Below are positions 1 through 11,387 of a stretch of DNA of 64,000 nt, one piece after another. Source of the DNA: Mobula hypostoma (Eukaryota). The translations under genes and the position numbers were made by a program. The stretch is taken from contig NC_086097.1 of assembly GCF_963921235.1 (NCBI RefSeq), positions 189,908,001 through 189,972,000 of the forward strand, in the 5' to 3' direction. Under the pieces are notes generated by a model. That model saw only the letters and a program-made list of their open reading frames with translations, was not told the origin of the DNA and did no database searches. Numbering within the stretch: position 1 is the first letter of the stretch; the number at the start of each line of letters is the position of its first letter.

Positions 1-909
1 TACAGGGTGGGAGGCCTGTGGCGTATGGATCATGAGCACTTACAGACTGCCAACACCGATATGCTCAAATCAAGAAGGAATTACTCACCATAGTTTATGA
101 GTGTGAGAAGTTCCACCAATATGTATATGGCAAAGAAATCCAGATTGAGAGTGATCACAAACCACTTGAGAGCATCTTTAAAAAGCCACTCCACCAAGCT
201 CCTATGAGACTGCAAAGGATGCTTCTCAGGCTACAGAGGTACACTCTCACAGTCACCTATAAGCCAGGAAAAGAACTGTACATCGCTGATGCTTTGAGCT
301 GTGCTTACCTCAAAGAGCAAAAGGAAGAGTTGCTAGGAAGAGAGCTGGAGGTCAACTGGGTTACACCTCAGCTACCCATCTCTGAGGAGAAGATGAACAT
401 GTTCAGGAAAGTGACTGCAGATAATCCTGAAATGCAAATGCTAAGAGGCATTACAATGAATGGATGGCCAACAGAAAGAAAAGATGTTGCAAAGGAAATG
501 CAGAAATACTGGACATTTAAAGAGGAAATCAGCTATGCATCAGGACTAATGTTCAAAACAACACCAAGAATGATGCAGACCCCAAAAACACAGAGGTCAT
601 TCGAAAGACTGACACGGATGAAGGTCAAGCACAGTCACAGTTGTATCACACACGGTCTGGGAGACAAGTCAAACTTCCAGCTAGATACAGAGACTAGACA
701 TGCAATTTGAGGCAAAGTCACACATGTCATAAGTTCCAAGGTGTGAAATAAAAGGTTTATTAGTCTATGCTGGTAAAAGAAAATACACTGCTGTTAGTCT
801 TGTAAAATACAATGCAGAATACAGTACAAGAAGGTAAGATTTTTTTTAGTTTATGTCATAGTTGTTGCACTGTAAGAAGGGCACACCTAGAGGCATTGTT
901 TTGGTAATT
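1..909 (+). mobile_element. Gypsy LTR retrotransposon 3' internal part (RNase H region of pol, internally deleted, then pol C-terminus and 3' UTR)
   Basis: Translates to RYAQIKKELL...CEKFHQYVYG...ESDHKPLESIFKKPL...RLQRMLLRLQRY...YKPGKELYIADALS (Gypsy RNase H). After ~560 it jumps to a typical pol tail TRSGRQVKLPARYRD* (~652-698); integrase core is missing. Confidence 0.9.
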
Positions 910-918
910 CACAGTGTT

Positions 919-2300
919 CAGTGACCTCTTCGTGACCTTTGTCGATCTAACCAAGGCTTTCGATACGGTCAGCAGAGGAGGCTTGTGGAAGATCATGGAG
1001 AAGTTTGGCTGCCCCAGCAAGTTCATCACAATCGTCCATCAGTTCCACGACGGTATGATGGTGAAAGTTCTGGATGACGACGACGAGTCGGAGGCCTTCC
1101 CAGTGACAAATGGCGTCAAACAGTTCTTGCCCCGACTCTGTTCAGTATGGTATTCTCTGCCGTGCTGACAGATGCCTTCCGTAACTACGAAGAAGGAATC
1201 CACGTCAGGTACAGGACTGATGGCAGGTTGTTCAACCTTAGGCGCCTGCAGGCAGTTCCAAAGGTGCGAGAGACTGTCATCAGAGACTTCTTGTTTGCTG
1301 ATGACTGCGCACTCAACGCCAGCACAGAGCAGGAGATGCAGCGTGAAATGGACTGCTTCTCACAAGCCTGCGACAACTTCGGACTCACTATCAGCACCAA
1401 AAAGACTGAAGTTATGTACCAGCCTGCCCCAGGAAAGCCATACCAGGAGCTGCGCATCACGGTGAAGGGCCAGAACCTCCAGGCAGTCGACAACTTCACC
1501 TACCTGGGCAGCATACTCTCTCGCGCAGTGAGCATAGACGCTGAGGTCAACAACAGGATTGCCAAAGCCAGCGCCGCCTTTGGGAGACTCTGTGAGAACG
1601 TCTGGGAGCGGAGAGGACTCAGCCTTACCATCAAGCTGAAGGTCTACTGTGCAGTGGTCCTTACCACCCTCCTTTATGCCAGCGAGACCTGGACCGTCTA
1701 CAGCAGACACGCCAAACAGCTCAACCATTTTCACCTGAGCTGTCTCCGCAGACTCCTCCGCATCAGGTGGCAGGACAAAGTCCCCGACACGGAAATCCTG
1801 GAACGAGCTGGGCTTTGCAGCGTCTACACCCTCCTGCTGAAAGCCCAAGCCAGGTGGGCTGGACATGTTGTCAGAATGCCAGACAGCCGATTGCCTAAGC
1901 AGCTGCTGTACGGAGAACTGTGTCAGGGCAAGCTCTCAGTCGGGGGGCAGAAGAAACGTTACAAAGACTGCCTGAAAGCGTCCCTCAAAGGCCTGGGTGT
2001 CGACATCAACACGTGGGAGACGCTTGCCCTCGACCGTCCAGCTTGGCACAGCAAGATCACCACAGGAGACCGTGCAGCTGAAGTCAGGCGCATCATCAAG
2101 GCGCAACGAAAGCGTGCTGTGCGCAAGGCCTGAGCAGCATCCACTGCCACGACAGCACCCACCCACTTGTGTCCCACATGTTGGCGAGCCTTCAGGGCCC
2201 GGATTGGCCTCATCAGTCACCTCCGGACCCACAGCCACCAATCTCCCATTTGACTTTGAAGCCGTGGTCATCTTCGACAATGAAGGACGAACAACAACAA
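919..2300 (+). mobile_element. 5'-truncated RTE-clade LINE inserted in the Gypsy 3' UTR
   Basis: RT motifs FVDLTKAFDTV, NGVKQ, FLFADDCAL, FTYLGS, RWAGHVVRM (ORFs 914-1168, 1147-2133; frameshift ~1123). C2H2-like tail CPTC...ISHLRTH lies past a premature TGA at 2131. (ACA)n tail; 9-bp TSD cacagtgtt at 910-918 and 2301-2309. Confidence 0.93.
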
Positions 2301-2335
2301 CACAGTGTTGTAAAAAAAAATCTTGAGAAGGGGGA

Positions 2336-2477
2336 TGTAATGTATTGTGTGAGTATTCGTAGCATCAGAGTGCGTATGACGTCAGGACGTGAAAAAGGGT
2401 TTATAAAAAATGGAAGTCTGGTGAATAAACGTTGGTTGTTCAATCTACACCGGTGTCCAAGTCACATAAATATTACA
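2336..2477 (+). mobile_element. 3' LTR (142 bp) of the Gypsy element
   Basis: Directly preceded by polypurine tract gagaaggggga (2325-2335). Termini TGTAAT...ATTACA; internal TATAAAA and AATAAA. Confidence 0.8.
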
Positions 2478-3304
2478 GTGGGGTCTGCGTGTCTGTTTGA
2501 GTAATGTTTGCACACAAAATAAATGCTGTAGGTCTTTTAATGTCTAATGTTTACTGATGGCAGCTGGATTCTTTCTTAGACTCAGGCAGCATTAAAGTGT
2601 GAATGTCTGTCAAGTTGGCTTGATGGATTCTTTCTGGATGTTGGGCTTATCGCTTATATGTAATATTAATGTTCTTTTTTAAGTGCAAGGAATATTATAT
2701 GCTATGGGGAGCAACCATTACAGTGTCTAATTACTTTGTGAGAACTGTGTTAATGGATACAGGATGTGCTTGAAAAAAAAAGACTGACTGTGTTGAGACA
2801 AGAGATCAAAGAGCTTGTCTGTCTCTGTGTGTCTCTGCCTTGTGAAACTTAAATTTATTGGGGTGCCTTTCCTGGTTTCATTGGTCTTCAGCTGAGGGCC
2901 CAGGGGTGGTTTCAAGATTGAGTTGGAATTCAGAGTTCATCCAACAAAAGCAACAATCAAGTGGTGACTAGGAACTGGGAGACCTGAAATCTTTATGGAA
3001 ATCTTTGTGGCTTGCTACATAGCATTTTGTGTGATATTTGGGCTTTCTATTACATGACAATAAATTAGGCTCAAGTTACTCTGTTGTGCTTCTATTACCA
3101 CATCTCCAGAATACAGAAATTGTTTAGGTTTGATCAACCCAGTCTAATACAATAGGAACTGCCAATAAAAACATAAATCTTCCTTTCCAAATTTCCTCCA
3201 AATTACTGTTACGTCACTAGAGATGTTCTTCCTGAGTTACTACTAAGTGATTTCTGTCTAGATTGTGCTACAGTCACTAATCTTTCAATTGCTTTTCAAG
3301 TACC

Positions 3305-3848
3305 TGGCCGTGCCACATACCGAGTTTACAATCCCATTTACTTTTGGAATGCACCTCAGTCCAGTGACTCACTTCCAGCGTACAAGGTTTGGCTCTATTC
3401 ATCACTTATACTCAAGGCAAAAGGTGTTTGTACATCAAATCATTGTCATTTTGCTTTTTTTGAGTCTTGTTGAACTGTTGGTCAGCACAACATTGTGGGC
3501 TGAAGGGCCTGTACTGTGCTGTACTGTTTTATGTCCTATGTTCTACTTGCATGAAAGATGTGGAACAGAAACCCAGTTAACATCATCATGAAAAAAAAAA
3601 GTGTTCCATTATCCTTTGGCTGTAAAATTTGTGATAGTTCATTTTAACTCTTAAAAAGCCCAAGAGCATCTGGAATTAAAGTGCCTGAGGTGGGTCTCTG
3701 AGCATGAAATGTTTGAGAGCACTGGATAGAGCAAAGGACATGGGATCAGAAAACACTGAAGACCTGCAATCTGAAACTAACTTTGCTTCTATCCAACCTG
3801 TTTCATACCTTTGCAAAAATAGCATCTATCCAACAAGGCTGGGCATTT
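3305..3848. repeat. Unclassified ~500-bp dispersed repeat, copy 1 (contains a short CR1 3' tail at ~3478-3545)
   Basis: Colinear with 15760-16222 through shared blocks: ttttggaat.cacctcagtcca.tg.ctcacttcca, gaaaga.gtgga.cag.aaccca.ttaa, tctctgag.atgaaatg.ttgagagca, atcagaaaacac. Confidence 0.75.
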
Positions 3849-3889
3849 CCTAGGAATCAGGAAGGGGAAGTTGGGAGAAACCACAGCAT

Positions 3890-4464
3890 CTTTCATTGAG
3901 GGTTAGCAGTGGAAGCAGTAAGCAGCTTCAAGTTCCTGGGAGTAAACATATTGACATCAAGAAGAAAGCATGCCAACTCTTCATCAAGAGTTTGAGGAAA
4001 CTTTGTACGTCACCAAAGACTATAGTAAACTTCTACAAACATACAGTGCAATGCGTTCCAACTGGTTGCATTATGACCTGGCGGCATGGGATCAAAAGAG
4101 GCTGCAAAGAGTTGTAGACTCAGCCAGTTCCATGAGTACATGCCTCCCAACAGTCAAGGCCATCTTCAAAATGCAGTGCCTCAGGAAAGCAGCATCCATT
4201 ATTAAGAATCCTTACCAGCTGCAACAAGTGCTACCATCTGGGAGATACAGGAGTCTGAAGACATACACTCAACCTGTGAGTAACAGTTTCTTCCCCTTTG
4301 CCATAAGATTTATGAATGGTTAACCACTACTCTTTCACACTAGTTATTTATTTTTATTTTTTATAATGACTCACAGTAATTTTTTATGTTTTGCAATTTA
4401 CTCCTGCCACAAAATAACAAATTTCACAACATATCAGAATAATAAAACTGATTCTGATTCTGAT
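3890..4464 (+). mobile_element. Rex1/Babar-type LINE 3' fragment
   Basis: VSSFKFLG-like, KKACQLFIKSLRK, RKAASIIK, LPSGRYRSLKT...NSFFPFAIRFMNG; AATAAA plus (tgattc)n tail. Confidence 0.8.
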
Positions 4465-4764
4465 TTGTCAAGGTTGAACATTCCCCTTGATACACTAGAC
4501 AACGATTTCTTTTTAAAAATGTTGCTTCCTCAGAAATCTATATTTTTATGACTTGAAGCTGAAGAAAAATATAATTTCAGACTAATTGTATCACGTAAGA
4601 ATTTGAAAAAAACAAGAAATTAACTTTTATTGAATATAATATGTTTAATTGCGTAACAGTGCTGATGCTTTGTAATAGTTCAATTAAGCTAAAAATGTTT
4701 TGTTGATGATTTTTGTTTGTACTCAGTGTCTGAGGCTTCTTGGTTAAGAGCCCAACAATAATCA

Positions 4765-5178
4765 TTAGAGTATAGAAGAATGAGAGGAGATCTCATAGAA
4801 ACATTTCAAATGTTGAAAGGGTTGGACAGAGTAGATGTGGAAAGGTTGTTTCCCTTGGTGGGTGAGTCCAGGACAAGAGGCCATAGTCTTAGAATTAGAA
4901 GGTACCCAGTTAAAACAGAGAAGAGGAGAATTTTTTTTAGCCAGAGGGTCGTGGATTTGTGGAATTCGTTGCCACATACAGCTGTGGAGGCCCGATCATT
5001 GAGGGTATTTAAGGAGGAGATTGACAGCTATCTAATCAGTCAGGGTATCTAGGGATGTGGGGAAAAAGCGAGGAACTAGAACTAGATGGGTGAATAGTTT
5101 AGCTCATGGAGGAGCTGCGGAGAAGACTCGATGGACTGAATGGCCTACTTCTGCTCCTTTGTCTTGTGATCTTGTGAT
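4765..5178 (+). mobile_element. CR1 LINE 3' fragment
   Basis: MRGDLIETF...TRGHSLRI...FFSQRVVDLWNSLP; (cttgtgat)n tail. Confidence 0.9.
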
Positions 5179-5958
5179 AATCAACCAGCCTTGATGGGTT
5201 CCAGTTGCCCTAATACCATTTCTCCATGACCACAATGTCCTAGCAAAACCTTTCACCATGCTCATCACTGACAGCGCAAAGATTTGCAGGGAAAAAGTCT
5301 AAATGGGAATGCAGAAAATGAATCTTTAGTAATATGTTGTATTCTTGGAACATGTTGTCATCCAGCGGTGCATAGTTTGATGCTCTGCAGTTGCCAAGAA
5401 AATTTTCAACAACATCCTTGAATGCCTTCCATGTGATTTTCTCTGGTCCCACTTGAAATTCTGTCTCAAGTATCAAAATCCTTCATGGAGATTTTTTGTC
5501 CCTGGTGACAGCAGATTCCATCCTTGCAGTCTTGAACTCCAATATTCTGCTATTTCCTTTGACAAACCCAAGTCTCTGACCAGATCATTTAACTAAGATT
5601 GAGTTATCAGATGAAGCTCACTCAACACAAGGGGTTCAAACTCTGTATCAGAGTTTGTGTCATTCTTCATTCCTGGCTCATGCATCATGGCATCTTCATC
5701 TGCCTCCTCTAGACACCATGTCCTGTTTTTCTAAAGCCATGCTGCATCTGCCCTGCCCAGATATGCCTGGACAAGACAGAAAACTTTTCAGCTTACATTG
5801 TGTGCAACATTTTAATTATCAATTGAATTACAAATATAAGCAATTACAAAAGCAATGGTGCATGAAAGGGAAATTTCATGGTGATTTTCATGATTAACAG
5901 CCAAAATCCAAAGTTACACCCAAAAGTATTCAGAAAGCAAAATCTTTGTTGTCTATTG
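5179..5958 (-). mobile_element. DNA transposon relic, probably CMC/Chapaev3-like
   Basis: ORF 5240-5476 WKAFKDVVENFLGN...LKIHFLHSHLDFFPANLCAVSDEHGERF is a transposase C-terminal motif. A terminus-like sequence caatagacaacaaagattttgc ends at 5958. Superfamily assignment is from memory. Confidence 0.6.
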
Positions 5959-6460
5959 ATATCAATTGTTTACAAACAATAGGGAAAATCCAATCCAGCG
6001 AAATAATGCCTAGGCAACCAATTTGCAGTGCACCACATGCAATGGTCATCCTGACCTCCCAGTTGTATACCATTGCAACTCCCCTTTCCATTCACACATC
6101 TGTCTATCCTCAGGTTTCTCAAATGGCAAATGATGAGATCTATTGTGAGTTCAAAGTCGCATTAAATAACCACTCAAAATGTGACTTTGTCCATTGAATA
6201 TTAAGGTCTGAGGGTAGCTTCAAGAAAGATCATTATAGTTACTTTCCTGCCAGTGCACACAGTCAGTGGAATGAGTTCCTCAACAATATCCAGGAAGTGA
6301 TTTGTAATTTGGTAGCATGACCAAAGGTTTTCCTTCATTGCCATCTGCCTGCCCCCTTTTCCTCTGTCCCTGACAACTCTCTCTGTTGGGCAGCTCTGAA
6401 GCAGTGCTCAGAAACTCAACTTGAGGAAACTGATAACTAGTTTTCTGTGAAAGTCATGAT

Positions 6461-8340
6461 AATCAGAATCAGATTAGAAGCAGGTTGATTATTACCGGCA
6501 TGTGTCATTAAATTTGTTTACTTAGCAGCAGCAGTTCAATGTAATACGTAATATAGAAGAAAGCCAATAAATAAATAAATCAATTACAGTATGCATATAT
6601 TAAATAGATTGAAAATTGTTCAAAAAACAGAAATAATGTGTATTAAAAAAGTGAGGTAGTGTTCAAGGGTTCAATGTCCATTTAGGAATCAGATGGCAGA
6701 GAGGAAGAAGCTGTTCCTAAATCACTGAGAGTGTGCCTTCAGGCTTCTGTACCTCCTACCTGATGGAGGTACAGAAAAGTGAGAAAAGTGCATGCCCTGG
6801 GTGCTGGAAGTACTTAATAATGGATGCTGCCTTTCTGAGACACCATACCTTGAAGATATCCTGGATACTTTGTAGGCTAGTACCCAAAATGAAGCCAAAT
6901 AAATTTACAACCCTCTGCAGCATCTTCCAGTCCTGTGCAGTAGTCTCCCAATACCAGACAGTGATGCAGCCTGTCAGAATGCTCTCCACTGTACATCTAT
7001 AGAAGTTTTGAGTGTATTTGTGACATACCAAATCTCTTCAAAATCCTAATGAAGTATAGTCACGGTCTTGCCTTCTTTTTAACTACATCGATATGTTGGA
7101 ACCAGGTTAGGTCCTCAGAGATCTTGACACACAGGAACTTGAAACTGCTCACTCTCTCCACTTCTGATCCCTCTATGAGGATTGGCATGTGTTCCTTTGT
7201 CTTACCCTTCCTGAAGTCCACCATCAGCTCTTTTGTCTTTCTGACGTTGAGTGCCAGGTTGTTGCTGTGGCACCACTCCACTCGTTGGCATATCTTGCTC
7301 CTGTACGCCCTCTCGTCACCATCTGAGATTCTACCAACGATGGTTGTATCAACAGCAAATTTATAGATGGTATTTGAGCTATGTCTAGCCACATAGCCAT
7401 GGGTATAGAGAGAGTAGTGCAGTGGGCTAAGCACACACCCCTGAGGTGCACCAGTGTTGATCGTCAGCAAGGAGGAGATGTTATCACCAGTCCGCATAGA
7501 TCGTGGTCTTCTGTTTAGGAAGTCGAAGATTCAATTGCAGAGGGAGCTACAGAGGCCCAGGTTCTGTAACTTCTCAGTCAGGATTGTGGAAATGATGGTA
7601 TTAAATACTGAGCTATAGTCGATGAACAGCAACATGACATAGGTGTTTGTGTTGTCCAGGTGGTCTAAAGCCGTGTGAGGAGCCATTGAGATTGCACCTG
7701 CCATTGACCTATTGTGGCAATAGGCAAATTGCAATGGGTCCAGGTCCTTGCTGAGGCAGGAGTTCAATCTAGTCATGATCAACCTCTCAAAGCATTTCAT
7801 CACTGTAGGTGTGAGTGCTATTGGGCAATAGTCATTAAGGTAGCTCACAGTATTCTTCATAGGCACTGGTATAATTGTTGCCTTTTTGAAGCAAGTGGGA
7901 ACTTCTGCCCGTAGCAGTGTGAGGTTGAAAATGTACTTGAATACTCCCACCAGTTGGTTGGCACAGGTTTTCAGAGCCTTACCAGGTACTCCATCAGGAC
8001 CTTCCGCCTTTACAGAGGGTTCACCCTCTGTAAAAACAGCCTAACATCAGCTTCTGAGACAGTGATCACAGGGTATCAGGTGCAGCAGGGATCTTCACAG
8101 TTGTAGTTATATTCTCCCTTTCAAAGCAGGCATAAAAAAGTGTTGAATTCATCTAGTAGTGAAGCATCACTGCCATTCATGCATTTCGTTGTAGGAAGTA
8201 ATGTCTTGCAAACCCTGCTAGAATTGTTGTACTTCCAATGTCGCCTCCAACCTCATTCGAAATTGTCCTTTTGTCCTTGAAATAGCTCTCCGCAAATCAT
8301 ACCTGGTTTTCTGGTACATGTAAACCTCCTGTAAATGGGC
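6461..8340 (-). mobile_element. Rex1/Babar-type LINE, 5'-truncated and frameshifted
   Basis: [67 protein letters not shown] (ORFs 7531-7950, 7060-7497, 6756-7031); (ctgatt)n tail at 6461. Confidence 0.9.
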
Positions 8341-8354
8341 AACGTCCATGAGAC

Positions 8355-8437
8355 AGGCAAAAAAAAAATCTGCGGGTGCTGGAAATCCAAGCAACAAACA
8401 CAAAATGCTGGGGGAGCTCAACAGGCCAGGCAGCATC
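8355..8437 (-). mobile_element. Penelope-like element terminal fragment
   Basis: aaatctgc.g.tgctggaaatccaagcaaca...ggccaggcagcatc, the same as termini of the GIY-YIG-bearing copies at 41760 and 59185. Confidence 0.7.
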
Positions 8438-9710
8438 AGTATATATATATATATAGACTCTCTAAATTAGTTTACGATAGAGAAGGAAATAGAGAGCTAC
8501 ACTAATGTATTATGATTTGGCACAAAATTCATGTAACATAGCGTACAGTCTACAAATCAGTGAATTTGGATGAATCAAGGACAGTGGGAGTACACCAACC
8601 AATTGTCTTTGTTCTTGCCATTTGCTTGAAGGAGATAGAGATGGCCAACTTGTGAAACTGTCCTTGCAGTCCGTTGTGAACTCCCTACTGATTCCTGCTC
8701 TGGGATAATCTAATCAAGGAAATTGAATGTGGTAATGACTTGCTAAACCTGAGACCACTCTCAGATGAATAGCTACTTATTAATTAAAGTGGCAGACTTG
8801 CCAGAGAAGCAATCTGGAATCTCATTAAATTCAGTGTCTGGGTCACCTGGTTTGAACCAGTCAGAGTTGAAAAGAACAAAGGCAGGAGGCTGGGGTGTAG
8901 TCGGGGTGGCAGAACCCAGAGAACAATGCTGGTTATAGTCCTGGACCAGAGCCAGTAAGATGGTGACCTTGAGCCAATGGGATGCAGAACCATCAGTTGA
9001 ACTAATGAGGAACACAATAAGAGTTGGGAGCTTCAAATACGCAACAGTGATGACTCTCCAGTGACAAGAGAACAACCCTTGTGGATGAGGAAGACCCCAC
9101 AAATACATAGCGATGCTGACTATGAGGAATGCCTAGCCAGCCTAACCTCCTCTCCTGGGTAATACCTTTTCTTTTCATTGATTGTTCATGGACGGGGAGG
9201 GAATCGTGATGGGTTTGCACACAGGTAGTTAGTTTGCTTTTTAGTTGAGACGATAAAGGTTGCTTGTCAGTAAATACAGCTTCTCTCTGTGCCTCTCTGA
9301 TCATTATTACTAAGGGCTAGATCCTTATAACATATTGCTGCCAGCAACTGGTTATGTGGAATGGTCCCTTTCTATACCATATATATCCTGCGTAATCCAG
9401 AGTACCAAACATGCAGTCAGGTACTCCACAAATTTTCTAGTAGCCCAGAATCCTCATGAACAACACCACATGAAAGTCTTTGCTCAGGTGCAAGTGAGGT
9501 TAACACTTGCTTCTTCAAGGAACTTCAAAAACACCACTCTCATTGGACAAAAGAATTTGAATGTCAGCACATTTACATTTTGAGAGGAGTTGTCTCCCTG
9601 TGGTTGATGCTTTCTATGAACCCCACACCAAGAGCTCCACAAATGGATTGAAAACCAATGATTAGCAACACAGTAGATAACCACAAGTTCTGTAAGGATA
9701 TCTTCATGAG

Positions 9711-11294
9711 CAGTACCTATAAAAGGTATTCACCACCTCCTCCGCAACCCCTCCCCCGCCCTGGAAGTTTTCATTTTATTGTTTTACAACTTTGAATCAC
9801 AGTGGATTTAATTAAGCTTTATGACACCGTTCAACAGAGAAAGACCCTTTCCTGTCAAAGTGAAACAGATCTCTACAAAGTGAACTAAGTTAATTACAAA
9901 TATAAAACACAAAATAATTGATTGCATCAGAATTTACCTCCCTTTAATATGACATACCAATTATCACTGGTGTAGCCAACTGGTTTTAGAAGTGTTGTAA
10001 TTAGTTAAATGGAGATCACCTAGATGTAGTCAAGGCGCTTCATTTGGTTGTTGTAAAAATAAACCTGTATCTGGAAGGTCCAACTGCTGGGAGTCAGTAT
10101 CCTGGCAAAAAAACTACACCACGAAGACAAAAGAACATTCCAAGGAACTCCATGAAAAGGTTATTGAAAAGCAGAAGTCAGGAGATGGATACAAGGAAAT
10201 TTCTAAGTCACTGAATATCCTTTGGAGTACAGTTCAGTCAATCATCAAGAAATGGAAAGAATGTGTCCCAGCTGTAAATCTGCCAAGAGAAGGTCGTCCT
10301 CAAAAACTGAGTGACTGTGCAAGAAGGGAACTAGTGATGGAGACCACCACTAAGAGATCTATGATAATTATAGAGGAGTTGCAAGCCTCAGTGGGTGCCC
10401 GGGTGTTTCACCAGTAATGTCTTTAAGGGGAAGTGGCAAAGAGAAAGCCAAAAGCTCACATGAAATCTTAGCTAGAGCTTGCCAGAAGGCATAATGGAGA
10501 CTCTGAAGTCAGCTGGAAGAAGGTTCTATGGTCTGATGAAACCAAAAGTGAGCTTTTTGGCCATCAGACTAAACGTTATGTTTGGCATAAGCCAAACGCC
10601 ACATATCATCAAAAACACACCATCCCAACCATGAAACATGGTGGTGGCTGCATCATCCTGTGGGGGTGCTTCTCTGCAGCAGGCACTGGAAGGCTTGTGA
10701 AGGTAGGAGGTAAAATGAATGCAGCAGAATCCTGGAGGAAAACCTGATGTAGTCTGCAAGAAAACTGTGACTTGGGAGAAGATTTATTTTCCAGCAAGAT
10801 AATTATCACAAGCATAAAGCCAAAGCTACACAGGAATAGCTTAAAAACAACAAAGTTAATGTCCTGGAGTAGCCAAGTCAGAGCTGAGACCTCAGTCCAA
10901 TTGAGAATTTGTGGGTGGACTTGAAAAGTGCTGTTCACTGACAATCTCTTTGTAATCTGACAGAGCTTGAGCAGTTTTGTAAAGAAGAATGGGGAAAAGT
11001 TGCAGTGCCCAGATGTGCAATGCTGATCGAAGCCAATCTACATAGACTGGAGGCTAAAATTACTGCCAAAGGTGTATCTACTAAATACTGACTTGAAGGA
11101 GGTGAATACTTATGCAATCAATTATCTTGTGTTTTATATTTGTAATTAATTTAGATCATTTTGTTGAGATCTGTTTTCACTCTGACACAAAAGAGTCTTT
11201 TTATGTTGATCATTGTCAAAAAAGACAAATTAAATCCACAGTGATTCAATGTTGTAAAACTTCCAAGGGAGGTGAATACTTTCTGTAGGCACTG
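9711..11294 (+). mobile_element. Full-length inactive Tc1 (DD34E-type) transposon with long IR/DR-type TIRs
   Basis: TIRs cagtacctataaaaggtattcacc (9711-~9940) and ggtgaatactttctgtaggcactg (~11100-11294). Decayed transposase ~10121-11091: (M)KTKEHSKE..., [37 protein letters not shown]. Start codon mutated, multiple stops. Confidence 0.93.
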
Positions 11295-11387
11295 TGTCAT
11301 TAAATACAAATGAGTGAAGAAAGTTTAATCTATACTTAAAATATTCTGGAAATTGTCTTTAAATATACCAGTAAAGGTTTGAAGGTA

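Noticed and set aside
8760..9700. Possible host exons (several 60-110 aa ORFs)
   Set aside because: No recognisable domain or consistent splice pattern; cannot be supported without RNA-seq or homology.
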